A stretch of DNA of 58,119 nucleotides, the filler included, from Callorhinchus milii (lineage: Eukaryota): assembly GCF_018977255.1 (NCBI RefSeq). It is 2 parts of 2 records of this genome, joined end to end, with 100 filler letters (N's around TTAATTAATTAA, not from the genome) between each part and the next. Parts side by side here need not be neighbours in the genome. Positions count along the whole stretch, not along the records: positions 1 to 29,012 come from NW_024705659.1; 1 more part is not named here. One strand, written 5' to 3'. The position numbers and the translations under genes were made by a program. Of the stretch, positions 12,501 through 22,600 are shown in pieces; positions within the stretch are counted from its first letter, which is position 1, and the number at the start of each line of letters is the position of its first letter. The notes beneath the pieces are model-generated. The model made no database searches, was not told where the DNA came from, and was given only the letters and a program-made list of their open reading frames with translations.

Positions 12501-12665
12501 AGTGCTATTGGTGTTCGTTAGTGCTGGTAGTGTTAGTAAGTGCTGGTGGTGTTCGTAAGTGAGGGTGGTGTTCGTAAGTGTGGGTGGTGTTCATAAGTGT
12601 GGGTGGTGTTGGTGAGTGCTGGTGGTGTTCGTAAGTCGAGCGTAGGGGCCCATGCGTACCTCCAT
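1..12665 (-). CDS. Kinase A: DYRK4/class-2-DYRK-like Ser/Thr protein kinase, multi-exon (3' end runs off the window; several 1-nt indels)
   Basis: Manually spliced GT-AG exons (minus): 12665-12660 (ACACCATGG start, ME), 12144-12045, 10592-10435 (NAPA/DH-box-like KQVWFF...DDDNNNYIP), 8339-8203 (HYRYEV..GEGGQG..VAVK), 7221-7076 (alphaC E; FRGHNCLVVELL), 5123-4985 (HADIKP), 3775-3700 (DNILL..DFG), 3318-3146 (GGTLPYMAPE, DMWGLGC), 1819-1759 (ILGMPP), 1196-1081 (DFVSRCL), 575-<1 (WDPNLRMTPEQALAHSWL + Thr-rich tail). Splice phases chain correctly. 1-nt indels near 7166, 1177, 1104, 571, 252. Confidence 0.9.
2094..2901. mobile_element. Non-autonomous Tc1/mariner-superfamily (Tigger/pogo-like) DNA transposon
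   Basis: TIRs CAGTAGAACCTCTGGTCA / TGACCAGAGGTTCTACTG flanked by TA on both sides; AT-rich non-coding interior. Confidence 0.8.
4470..4810 (-). mobile_element. tRNA-derived SINE family (representative copy; ~12 full or partial copies in window)
   Basis: Minus-strand head with B-box GGTTCGATCC; shared body gtaaggcccc..gagct..tagctcaac. Related copies at ~3940-4170, 9710-10060, 11540-11640, 14480-14600, 16070-16220, 27020-27260, 31240-31530, 55560-55660, 56060-56310, 56930-57180, 57540-57840. Confidence 0.65.
5631..5892 (+). mobile_element. Possible Helentron/HINE-like non-autonomous element
   Basis: Starts ACTAGC..ACCCG..CTTCGCACGG and ends cttttatttctatgtagat, resembling DINE-1/HINE termini; recognised from memory only. 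Confidence 0.35.
6365..6915 (+). mobile_element. Dispersed repeat with hammerhead-like core (Penelope-type terminal repeat), interrupted by an ACTAT/ACACT microsatellite
   Basis: Homologous to 55250-55545 (+) and partly to 34770-34890 (-); CTGATGA (6434)-stem-GAAAC (6461); microsatellite 6530-6750. Confidence 0.6.
7634..7822 (+). mobile_element. Solo Penelope 3'-end/pLTR fragment with hammerhead ribozyme
   Basis: Near-identical to 43861-44046; flanked by a 14-bp direct repeat tctctatgggtatt (7620-7633, 7823-7836). Confidence 0.8.
7665..7712 (+). ncRNA. Minimal type-I hammerhead ribozyme
   Basis: ttttcac-CTGAGGA-cggc..gccg-AAAC-GTC-gtgaaa: conserved core, stems I and II, minimal stem III typical of Penelope elements. 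Confidence 0.75.
8519..8710. mobile_element. Short inverted Penelope 3'-end fragment (foldback)
   Basis: Arms ~8541-8602 and ~8644-8710 are reverse complements and match the Penelope 3' end (cgtgactttaccgaaaga); the loop holds a degenerate hammerhead (GAAACGTC on minus). Confidence 0.65.
9172..9213 (+). ncRNA. Minimal hammerhead ribozyme in a Penelope-type fragment
   Basis: cac-CTGAAGA-cgga..tccg-AAAC-GTC-gtg, followed by the same T-rich and cgtgacttcaccgaaa tail. Confidence 0.65.
9331..9607. repeat. 14-15-bp minisatellite (gtgagacactg(g)gta)
   Basis: Direct tandem units visible. Confidence 0.9.
10762..11430 (+). mobile_element. Solo LTR (669 bp) in a kinase A intron
   Basis: TGTAGGACT...AGTCCTACA termini, 4-bp TSD CTTG (10758-10761, 11431-11434), ATTGG boxes, TATAAAA ~11057, AATAAA ~11379. 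Confidence 0.8.
11640..12020. repeat. Degenerate ~28-29-bp minisatellite (catgcaacatggctgccatgacatcccc)
   Basis: Tandem degenerate units. Confidence 0.75.
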
Positions 12666-12769
12666 GGTGTTGATACTCAGAGTGGCTTCTCTCACGCAGC
12701 AGTCCCCAAGGTCTCTGTGTGGAAAGCTGTGGGTGGGTGGGGGGTGGAGATGGTGTAGAGAGTCACAAC

Positions 12770-13335
12770 ACGAACTCACATCCTCACCACTTTCTCTCAT
12801 CCCCCAACCAGTAACCCACCATTCTAACCACGAACCCCATCCTCACCACAAACTCACAACACGGACTCACATCCTCACCACAAACTCACAACACGGACTC
12901 ATATCCTCACCATGAACTCACAACATGGACTCACATCCTCACCACAAACTCATATGAACTCACATGCGCACCACGGACCCACATCCACACCACGGACCCA
13001 CACACTCACCACGAACCCACAACATGGACCCACACACTCACCACCAACCCACATCCTCACCACTGACCCACACACTCACCACGAACCAACAACACGTAAC
13101 CACACACTCACCACGCACCACATCCACACCACGAATCCACACACTCACCACGAACCCACAACACGGACCCACACACTCTCCAAGCACCCACATCCTCACC
13201 ACGGACCCACACACTCACCACGAACCCACAACATGGACCCACACACTCACCACGCACCCACGAACCCACAACACGGACCCACACACTCACCACGAACCCA
13301 CAACACGGACCCACACACTCACCATGAACCCACAA
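12770..13335. repeat. C/A-rich minisatellite (cacacactcaccacgaacccacaacacggacc)
   Basis: Tandem units in the first intron of kinase A. Confidence 0.8.
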
Positions 13336-13342
13336 AACTCAC

Positions 13343-13470
13343 CTCGTCAAAAGTTTCGCTCGGATGGCTTCAGCAGAAGTTGTTCGAAAGGCGACGATGA
13401 TGAAGCTGAAGCAGCTGAAGTTTAAGAAGCTGCCGTCTCCTTCACGCCCGTCTCGAACTCTGAGGAAGCA
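13343..13470 (-). other. Putative non-coding first exon (5' UTR) of kinase A
   Basis: Donor GAG|GTGAGT at 13343 directly below the GC-box cluster; the next exon (~12715-12660) has a pyrimidine-rich acceptor and the strong-context ATG. 5' boundary approximate. Confidence 0.5.
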
Positions 13471-13479
13471 CGTGGTGAT

Positions 13480-13665
13480 TGCGACGTCACCGGTGATGTC
13501 ACAGCTCGAGGGACTTGACCACGCCCCCTTTAGCCACGCCCTCCGAGTGACGTGCCAGTGCGCGACCACGCCCCCGGAAGCCGCCCCCCGCCCCTCCTCT
13601 TGGGGCGACCTCCACCCCCAGCTTCTACTTCCGCTTCCGGTCAGGGCGAATGGCGGCGATGGCGG
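13480..13665. promoter_or_regulatory. CpG-rich core promoter of kinase A, possibly bidirectional
   Basis: Three CCACGCCC Sp/KLF boxes (13519, 13534, 13566), CRE-like GACGTCA/TGACGT (13483, 13548), ETS-type CCGGAAG/CTTCCG (13574, 13628, 13634), YY1-like ATGGCGGC (13650). Confidence 0.6.
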
Positions 13666-13740
13666 GAAAAATCTGAACCCTGTCTGGGCCTCCTCGTGGT
13701 CGACTCAGCCTGAAGATGCCGACACGGGGCTCTGTGTGAG

Positions 13741-14490
13741 GTGAGTCTGTGAGTCTCCGTGTGTGTCTGTGTGAGGTGAGTCTGTGGGTCTCTGTGTGTG
13801 TCTGTGTGAGGTGAGTCTGTGGGTCTCTGTGTGATGAGTCTGTGGGTCTCTGTGTGATGAGTCTGTGGGTCTCTGTGTGATGAGTCTGTGGGTCTCTGTG
13901 TGATGAGTCTGTGGGTCTCTGTGTGATGAGTCTGTGGGTCTCTGTGTGATGAGTCTGTGGGTCTCTGTGTGTGAGTCTGTGGTCTCTGTGTGGTGAGTCT
14001 GTGGGTCTCTGTGTGGTGAGTCTGTGGGTCTCTGTGTGTGAGTCTGTGGGTCTCTGTGTGTGAGTCTGTGGTCTCTGTGGTGAGTCTGTGGGTCTCTGTG
14101 TGGTGAGTCTGTGGGTCTCTGTGTGGTGAGTCTGTGGGTCTCTGTGTGTGAGTCTGTGGGTCTCTGTGTGATGAGTCTGTGGGTCTCTGTGTGGTGAGTC
14201 TGTGGGTCTCTGTGTGTGAGTCTGTGGGTCTCTGTGTGTGAGTCTGTGGGTCTCTGTGTGGTGAGTCTGTGGGTCTCTGTGTGGTGAGTCTGTGGGTCTC
14301 TGTGTGGTGAGTCTGTGGGTCTCTGTGTGGTGAGTCTGTGGGTCTCTGTGTGTGAGTCTGTGGGTCTCTGTGTGGTGAGTCTGTGGGTCTCTGTGTGGTG
14401 AGTCTGTGGGTCTCTGTGTGGTGAGTCTGTGGGTCTCTGTGTGGTGAGTCTGTGGGTCTCTGTGTGGTGAATCTGAGTCTCTGTGGGTGT
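13741..14490. repeat. ~23-bp minisatellite (gtgagtctgtgggtctctgtgtg)
   Basis: About 30 tandem units; related degenerate gggtctctatg tracts at 4180-4460, 7255-7630, 14600-15395. Confidence 0.9.
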
Positions 14491-16302
14491 CTTTACATTT
14501 CCACACGATGATAATGTTATCAGCCACTTGGTTGAGCTATCATTTGTAATAGCCAGCGCTACATAGCTCCTTACCTGGTAACATTTAAAATCTTTAGTAT
14601 TTGGGTCTCTATGTATCTCTGTGGGTCTCTGTGTGTGTCTCTGCTTGTCTGTGGATCTCTATGTATATCTATGGATCTGTGTGTCTCTATGGGTCTTTGT
14701 GTATTTCTATGGGTCTTTGTCTTTACGATTCTCTGTGTATTTATATGGTTTTCTATGTATCTCTATGAGTCTGTATGTATTACTATAGGTCTCTGTCTCT
14801 ATGGGTCCTTATGTATCTCTGTGGGTCTCTCCGTATCTGTATGGGTCTCTATGTATCACTATTGGTCTCTGTGTGTCTCTATGGGTCACTTTGTATTTCT
14901 ATGTATCTCTATGGGTTTTTATATATCTCTATGGGTCTCTGTGTGTCTCTGGATCTTTGTGTGTCTTTATGGGTCTCTATGTATCTTTATGGGTCTCTGT
15001 GTGTCTCTATGGGTTTCTGGGTGTCTCTGTGTTATCCTTGATCTGTGTGTCTCTATCGGTATCTATGTATATCTATGGGTCTCTATGTATCACTATGTAT
15101 CTATATGTATCTCTATGGGTTTCTATATATCTCTATCGATCTCTATGTATATCTATGGGTCTCTACGTATCACTTTGGGTCTCTGTGTGTCCCTATGGGT
15201 CTCTATGTATCACTATGGGTCTCTGTTTATCTCTATGGGTCTCTGTGTATCTCTGGATCTCTGTGTGTTTCTATCGGTCTCTATGTATCTCTTTCGGTTT
15301 CTATGTGTGACTATTGGTTTTTATGTGTCTCTATGGGTCTCTGTGTGTCTTTATGGGTCTCTATGTATCACAATGGGTCTCTGTGTGTCTCTATGGATTA
15401 GCGTGGTTTCTTAAGCGAACTGGGGAATGTGGTGGGCGCGTAAAATGGGAGATGGTGGGAGCTCTATGGGATTGTCCGGCGAGTGCGATTGTAATGCGTA
15501 GTGCGGATCGGTAGGGAGGCTTATGTCATGTAGGGAATGTGGAGGGTGGGTAAAGTGTGAGCCTATGGGAGTGGCCGGCAAGTGCGATTGTAATGCGTAG
15601 TGCGGATAAGCGTTGTTTCTTAAGCGACCTGGGGAATGTGGGGACGGGTAACGTCGGAGACTATGGGACTAGCCGGTGAAGGTGATTGCAATTTGTAGTG
15701 CGGATAGGTTAGGTAAGCTCTGTCCATGACGGCCCGTGCAGAACTCATTAATTGTAACTCAGACACGTGCCCCACCCCACTTGTGACGTCACCACGGCAC
15801 TTATGCCAGGCTAGGTGCATGCACTCTGAGGCCACGTGAAGTGTCGATGGGTCGCTGCTGGCAGGAGGTCACGGGACAGACCCAGCAGGTGCCATGGGTT
15901 GACTGCTGTGCCAGGCTAGGTGCAGGAGGAGGCCACGGGACAGACCCAGCAGGTGCCATGGGTTGACTGCTGTGCCAGGCTAGGTGCATCTGACGACAAA
16001 CATCTGGGCAGTTCACCATCATTGGTTCAAGCAGAGCTTGTCTCTTGCTTCTGCTGATGAGACACGGAGTTGGGCAGACTCCAAATATACAGCAGCAGCA
16101 GGCATCGACAGGGTTGGGATCGAACCCACGACCTCCTATGTACCAGGCGAGGTAGTTAATATCTCATCAGGGTCAGGATCGAATCCACAACCTCTTGTGT
16201 ACCAGGCGAGGTAGTCAACATCTGGACCAAAGTCACCTGAGACCCAGGCAGCAGCAACTCGCCACAACAAACACAATTGCAAAGTTCTGTTGAGTCAGCT
16301 TA

Positions 16303-16308
16303 TTTATT
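16303..16308 (-). terminator. Polyadenylation signal AATAAA of the contactin-like gene
   Basis: TTTATT on + strand ~77 nt past the stop; downstream GT-rich element (tgtgtttgttgtgg). Confidence 0.55.
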
Positions 16309-16384
16309 AACAACAACAATCGATAAACAAACAATGGTCTAGATATATATGTACACATTATTACATTATAATATTTTTTTATCT

Positions 16385-16662
16385 CTATCCTAACTCTTCA
16401 CACATGCACGTGGCTAAGCAGGCTCTAGTCCATTGGGTGGTGAGTGTGGGTGGTGTGGGTGGTGTGGTGATTGTGGGTGGTGAGTGTGGGTGGTGAGTGT
16501 GGTGTGTGTGGTGAGTGAGTGGTGTATGTGGGTGGTGAGTGTGGGTGGTGTGGTGAGTGTGGGTGGTGTGGGTGGTATGGGTGGTGTCGGTTGTGTAGGT
16601 GGGGAGTGTAGGTGAGCGACGATGACGACGATGGCGATGGGAGCTTCCCCTCCGGCTCCGCT
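16385..16662 (-). CDS. Probable terminal exon of the contactin-like gene (basic + His/Thr-rich tail)
   Basis: Acceptor cttctctctccacag|AG at 16663; phase 1 matches the Ig4 donor at 18682; reads ERSRRGSSHRHRRHRRSPTLPTYTTDTTHTTH...CEELG*; AATAAA at 16308-16303 followed by GT-rich sequence. Confidence 0.6.
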
Positions 16663-19600
16663 CTGTGGAGAGAGAAGCACCAGCACCACAGCAGCGCGTC
16701 GTCTCCGTCGGCTCGTCGGACGTCGTCGTCGAGCGATTAGCACGCGCCACCAATAGTGAAAAGGCAGTGCCTTGCACCACGCTCAGCCATGCGGAATTTA
16801 TATAGAATTTTAATGATGAGCGATGGCACATTCAGCTGGTCAGCGACCATCTTAAGCTTCTATAATGAAAAATAATAATATAGTTAGAAAAGTTATAGTG
16901 CTCCGCAATTAAGCAGAGTAAGGATTGCAGGGGAGGAGTGGCGGTGCAGCGGTTGCGCTACTGATCTCTGCATCGGCCACAGGAGATCGCATCCCTGCCT
17001 CGGCTAACATCAGTGGCTGGGTGTGCGTCGAACCGGTCCTGGGTCTCCTCCTTTACAAACACGTACTGGCGGGCATGGTGAAGTACGGTTACACAGCCTC
17101 CATGACCAACACCGTATGAGGAGGTCTTCATTCAGTTTTAGATCGATGAAGGGTTGTAATTTTTTTTGATGATTAAGTATGAAAAATGTTTTAAATCGAA
17201 AAAGACGATGTACTTTGAACTTCTTTCGCACGGTACGTAGCCAACCATGCTAAATTGAACTATACTCAAACATGCGTAGATAGACTAACCACAATTTACC
17301 ACTGAGCGTTGCATGCTTGGTGCGCCTGGAGACAGTTTAATGAGACGACTAAAACTGGTAACAGGACAGAAGACAAGGTGCTGTGGGTGTTGCAGTCCAG
17401 AGTCACATACACGCGAGTCAACTCAAGGTCTGCTCTCGTGTGCCAGAGCCTCAGTCGTTGCTGTCAGTCGTATGCCACGAGAGGATTTGTGTTGAAACAA
17501 TGACGTTTACATATTGGCAGTACATATCAAGTGCTCTCAAACTGGAAGAATCAGCACATCGAAAGTAAGGAAAACGGGTGCAATGTATTTGTAACGGTCA
17601 GCATGAAACACGTGTCGTGTAACATGGCCAGATACGTCCGAGCTAAACGCAAAGCATTGGATCATGCTCATCTATAGCAACACTCCTGGGCATTTAGGAG
17701 AATATTCCACATTTCTATAACAGAGACGAGCCCATCAAATTTGACAATTTGTGTTAAGCACATGGAAGTTTGCTGTGTTCCTGCTACAAGTTGTCCCTGC
17801 AGTGTGTAACTTTACAGGTGACCTGCAGTGTGTAACTTTACAGGGTGACCTGCAGTGTGTAACTTTACAGGTGACCTGCAGTGAGTAACTTTACAGGGTG
17901 ACCTGCAGTGTGTAACTTTACAGGTGACCTGCAGTGTGTAACTTTACAGGTGACCTGCAGTGTGTAACTTTACAGGGTGACCTGCAGTGTGTAACTTTAC
18001 AGGTGACCTGCAGTGTGTAACTTTACAGGTGACCTGCAGTGAGTAACTTTACAGGGTGACTTGCAGTGTGTAACTTTACAGGTGACCTGCAGTGTGTAAC
18101 TTTACAGGTGACCTGCAGTGAGTAACTTTACAGGTGACCTGCAGTGTGTAACTTTACAGGTGATCTGCAGTGTGTAACTTTACAGGTGACCTGCAGTGTG
18201 TAACTTTACAGGTGATCTGCAGTGAGTAACTTCACAGGTGACCTGCAGTGTGTAACTTTACAGGTGATCTGCAGTGAGTAACTTTACAGGTGACCTGCAG
18301 TGAGTAACTTTACAGGTGACCTGCAGTGTGTAACTTTACAGGTGACCTGCAGTGTGTAACTTTACAGGTGACCTGCAGTGTGTAACTTTACAGGTGACCT
18401 GCAGTGTGTAACTTTACAGGTGACCTGCAGTGAGTAACTTTACAGGTGACCTGCAGTGTGTAACTTTACAGGTGACCTGCAGTGAGTAACTTTACAGGTG
18501 ACCTGCAGTGTGTAACTTTACAGGTGACCTGCAGTGTGTAACTTTACAGGTGACCTGCAGTGTGTAACTTTACAGGTGACCTGCAGTGAGTAACTTCACA
18601 GGGTGACCTGCAGTGTGTAACTTGTAGCAGGGACAGTGCAAGGCTCCAGAGGGCTCGTCGTCCCCGGGATCTGGGTCTCACCGAGCACGCGCAGCTGGGC
18701 GCTGGAGTAGATCTCGCCATGCTCGTTGCTGGCCACGCACTGGTACATGCCCTCGTCGCTCATGTTGACGCTGGTGATCTTCAGGCGGCCATCATCACGG
18801 CTCACCAATATCCTGCCCTGCAAGAGACACCGGATGCACGCAGACGCTCCGCACCCGAGCTCAGCAGCGTGCGAACACGTGTCGACTCGTTGATCGTCAA
18901 GCCTCACGATGTAGGCCTGGGCCTGCTTAGCTTCGCAGAGCCGATGAGGTCGGACGTATTCCAGGTCATTTGGTCACAGGCGATCCGTCGCGTTACTCAC
19001 ATTGTACTGTGAACATGCTGTCAGGCTTGCTCACTAAAAATTCCCAGAATAATTATTTTCATCATCTTTTCCTGACTTCGAGGAGAAATAAGCCGAACAA
19101 ACCCTCGGTTCCAATTAACACGGCTCGAGCCCTGATGGGGGGAGATTGTTCCCGTGTCATCCCGGGAAGGCTTCGCACAGACGTGGCACGAGCGTGACCG
19201 GGTGTGTCGGGACCGCTGGTGTCGAGCAACACGTCAGGAATCGTGGGGCAGCTCCCACATCTTCCTGAAGCCAGTGGTCAAAACTCTGTATTGTGATGGT
19301 GTGAATACCCCTGTCCCCAGAGGGACAGTACTGTTGACTATTAAGAGAGTCACACAGCGCTCACTGAATCAACTTTGGAGGGAGGATTGGACAAATTATA
19401 CTTCACTAAAACTGAACGAGTCATGTACTTCAATGATTATAATCATGCTTTTTTTAATGCTAACAATAAAACAAATCTCTTCTGTGTGAGTGATGAGAAT
19501 TGCGATAAAACCATGCACAGCAGCAGCAGCAGCATGACTGGGTCATGACAATCGTAGTTTGTCCACCCGGTGCACTGCTCTTTGTGAGAAGGTGCTCCCG

Positions 19601-22600
19601 AAATCATTGCCATGGACACAGGAGTTGAATATACAGCCTAAATAGACATACTTCATTGGAATTAGCTCTACCTTAAAGTGGTTGTACAAAAGCAAAAACC
19701 ACCGAGAAAATATTTCACGTTAACGTAAGCAACTGCACGTTTCACGTTTCCAAGGAGGAAAAATGTTTTCATGTTGTAAAATCCATTATTACATTTGTTT
19801 TCAGTGGGGATTAGTTATTTAAGCATATTAACATTTTGCCCAACAGGCATGGGGGGGGGGGTCAGTCTCTGTTACTGCCAACCACGCAGCACAATACAAA
19901 AATAAACCACCGACAGCCACTTCACACTGCTGGCATTCACTGGGAAGCCCTAAGTGATGACACGTTAACCTGGGTGTTACTGTAAACATACTGTCGGGTC
20001 CAACTTGAATAAATGTGGAGGAATCAATTTAATGAGCTGGGCTGCATTAGAGGCCGAGACAGAGCTGAGCCGTGACTAGGAACACGGCCTCAAACGAAGC
20101 CCAAAGGAGCTCCGGGGTGTGGTGTTGAGGCTCCAAAGAGAGTTCCGGTCACCTCTCCAGCGCAAGCTGCCCAGGCCTACCTTTGACTCCAGGAGGATTC
20201 CGTTCCGCAGCCACTGGTACAAGGGCGTGGGTGTCCCTGTGGCGTTGCAGCTCCAGTACAAGTCATTGCCAATGTGAATGTTTGCGTTCACGATTCCTAG
20301 AGTCCACTGCGGGCGAGCTGCAAGGAGGCAATCGAATGAAAGAAGAACGAAGGAAGGAATTAAACAAACACAGCAACTACGGATACTTTCTATCAAAATA
20401 TTTGGGAAACCGACTTTCATGAAAAGGTAAAGGTGCAGCCCGGAAATTGCTTGCTCACGCTATTGCTGGGAGAAGGGCCTCACTTCAGGGAGTTCTAGAG
20501 CCCCTACCACAACAACAGCTGCCGTTCACCGCTAAGTGGCGGTGACGTCTTCACGGCGCCTATGCTAGGTTAGGTGCATTTCAAGGTGACGTCAAGTGCT
20601 AAAGACTTGCTGCTGGCAGGCGATGGGATCGGAAGTCTGATTCCGCCGGCAAGACCAACAAAGTGGAAACCGGTCACAAAGCGTGCATTCAATTCACCGG
20701 CAAAAGCTCCGTAGTGAAACTGCAGCCTCACCGTGCACAAGGACCTCGGTCGAGGCGCTCGTGTTCCCCAGCTTGTTGTTGGCGTTGCACCGGTACGTGC
20801 CGTTATCGGAGGTCTGCACCTCCTCGATCTCCAGCACCGGCCCGGCCTTGAGCAGCAGGGCCCCCGGGCGGTGCCACGTGATGTTGGGCACGGGGCTGAG
20901 GAGCACAGCGTGGATAACGCCGTTTGTACGTACGCATATATGTTGAACTTCTTTCGCGCCGTACATAGCCAACTGTGCTAATCGGAGGTGCGGGGGAAGG
21001 ACGACACAGGAGGATTAGAGGGAGATCGAGGGCAGATTGAGGAGGAGATCTAAGGGTGAACGAGGGGGAGATCGAGGGGGAGATTGTGGAGGAAGTCGAG
21101 GGGGAGTTCGGAAACCACAATGCAGGGTGCCCAAACCGGGCACCAAACCCAGGCACTTCTTGCTGCGAGGCACAAGTGCTACCACTGNNNNNNNNNNNNN
21201 NNNNNNNNNNNNNNNNNTAGTTACGTTACGGAAGTGAAACTTACCACTCATTTCGGGCCATCAGGGATATGATTAGCCATCAGCGACTGGGCGGGTCTGA
21301 AGCAGGCCAACAAAATCTCCATGCCCATGATCGTCCCGTGCCAGGTCCTCCCCATTCCGCCACGCGCTACAAAGACGCAGGTTAGGCTCCTGATCATCGT
21401 GTGTTACTCAACGAGTATCCTTGATACCGCCGGATCGGCCCGGAATCCAGCTGTTAGGCAAAGCGAAAGGCGGGAGTGGGGCATTATGCGGCCCTACACG
21501 ATATGCGAGCGGGTGGAGCACGACATCGAGAGTTTCTTAGGGGATCTCGACGAGTCTCGACAATGGTTACTTCTAAACGAAAAACCAGTTCGCAGTTGGG
21601 ACCAATGCCAGAGGAACATGCTACCATTGCTAACGAAGTCACCCTTTGCGTTCGGAGCTATGGTCGCCAGGCTTGTAATCGACCGCGACGTGCCGCGTAC
21701 ACAAAGGTTAGCCTGTTCATTCACCTTTAACGCATAAGAACAACTTCACCAAGGTGTAGTCCAGATAGCACTCAGAACGCGCTCGTTGTAGGCTTATGAA
21801 GAACATTGGCTAAGTCACAGGCTAAGAAGGTTATATTAACCATCTTGATAATTGGCTTTGCTGCTGTTGTAGTTCAAGCGACGGTTCGTCGCTTTTAATA
21901 TGCCTCATAGCACTCTAGATGTGTTCTCACCCAGCTGGTCTTCAAACATATTGCTATTCCTGCTATAGAAAGATGGAGAGATTCAGGGGGGTTAGACAGT
22001 AAGGCAGGAAAATGGGGTTGCTAAGTCCACTAATACAATCTGCTACTCACATAGCGTTGGCAGACCGCCAGTCCGCCCTGACACACCGTGGTTAGGTCAG
22101 ATAACGATTGTTGCGATTGTATCTGCGCTGTACACCTAACGACCAGTGCGGTTTGGACGAGAGACTGCCTCCAGCCTCGGGCATGGTGACCAATAAATGT
22201 GGTTCTTATTTTTATTATTGTTGTTATGGTCACAGAGCACAGGCCCCAAGGCTCAAAATTCCAAGCGACCAGCAACAAACAGCACTCGTAACATTCCGGT
22301 TCTGAGTCCACTCGGCCTCTCATCCCGTCTCGGGGTTCGAGTGCGGCTCCCCCGAGTTGCGTTCAGTGCGTGCCGCACTTTGCTGGGCACGATGTTCGAC
22401 GGTCCGCCTACAACCGCGTGTCATCGTCGAGAAAGACAGAGAAGGGCGGTGGGGTGGACGTCGGGCCCCACAAAAGCGAGCAGCTCAGCTCGGTTCAACA
22501 AAGAAGCTCACAGCAAGTGGAGCGAAGCGTCGGACATCGCGCAACACGTGGCACGACCCCAACGCACGTTGCCAGGGAGCTGCATGGCGGTGCAACGGCG

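Noticed and set aside
13625..15414. Long ORFs (300 aa, 267 aa) in minisatellites
   Set aside because: Products of tandem repeats lacking stops; no domain or splice support.
17795..18620. CRISPR-like array
   Set aside because: Units are contiguous with no unique spacers, there are no cas genes, and the context is eukaryotic.
8203..18817. Ig-domain exons and kinase A on the same strand forming one receptor kinase
   Set aside because: No transmembrane exon found; the Ig gene has its own stop and poly(A) signal; kinase A has its own promoter and ATG.
21321..21737. 138-aa ORF as a novel gene
   Set aside because: Lies in the random-looking block; no motifs, splice signals or codon bias like the real exons.
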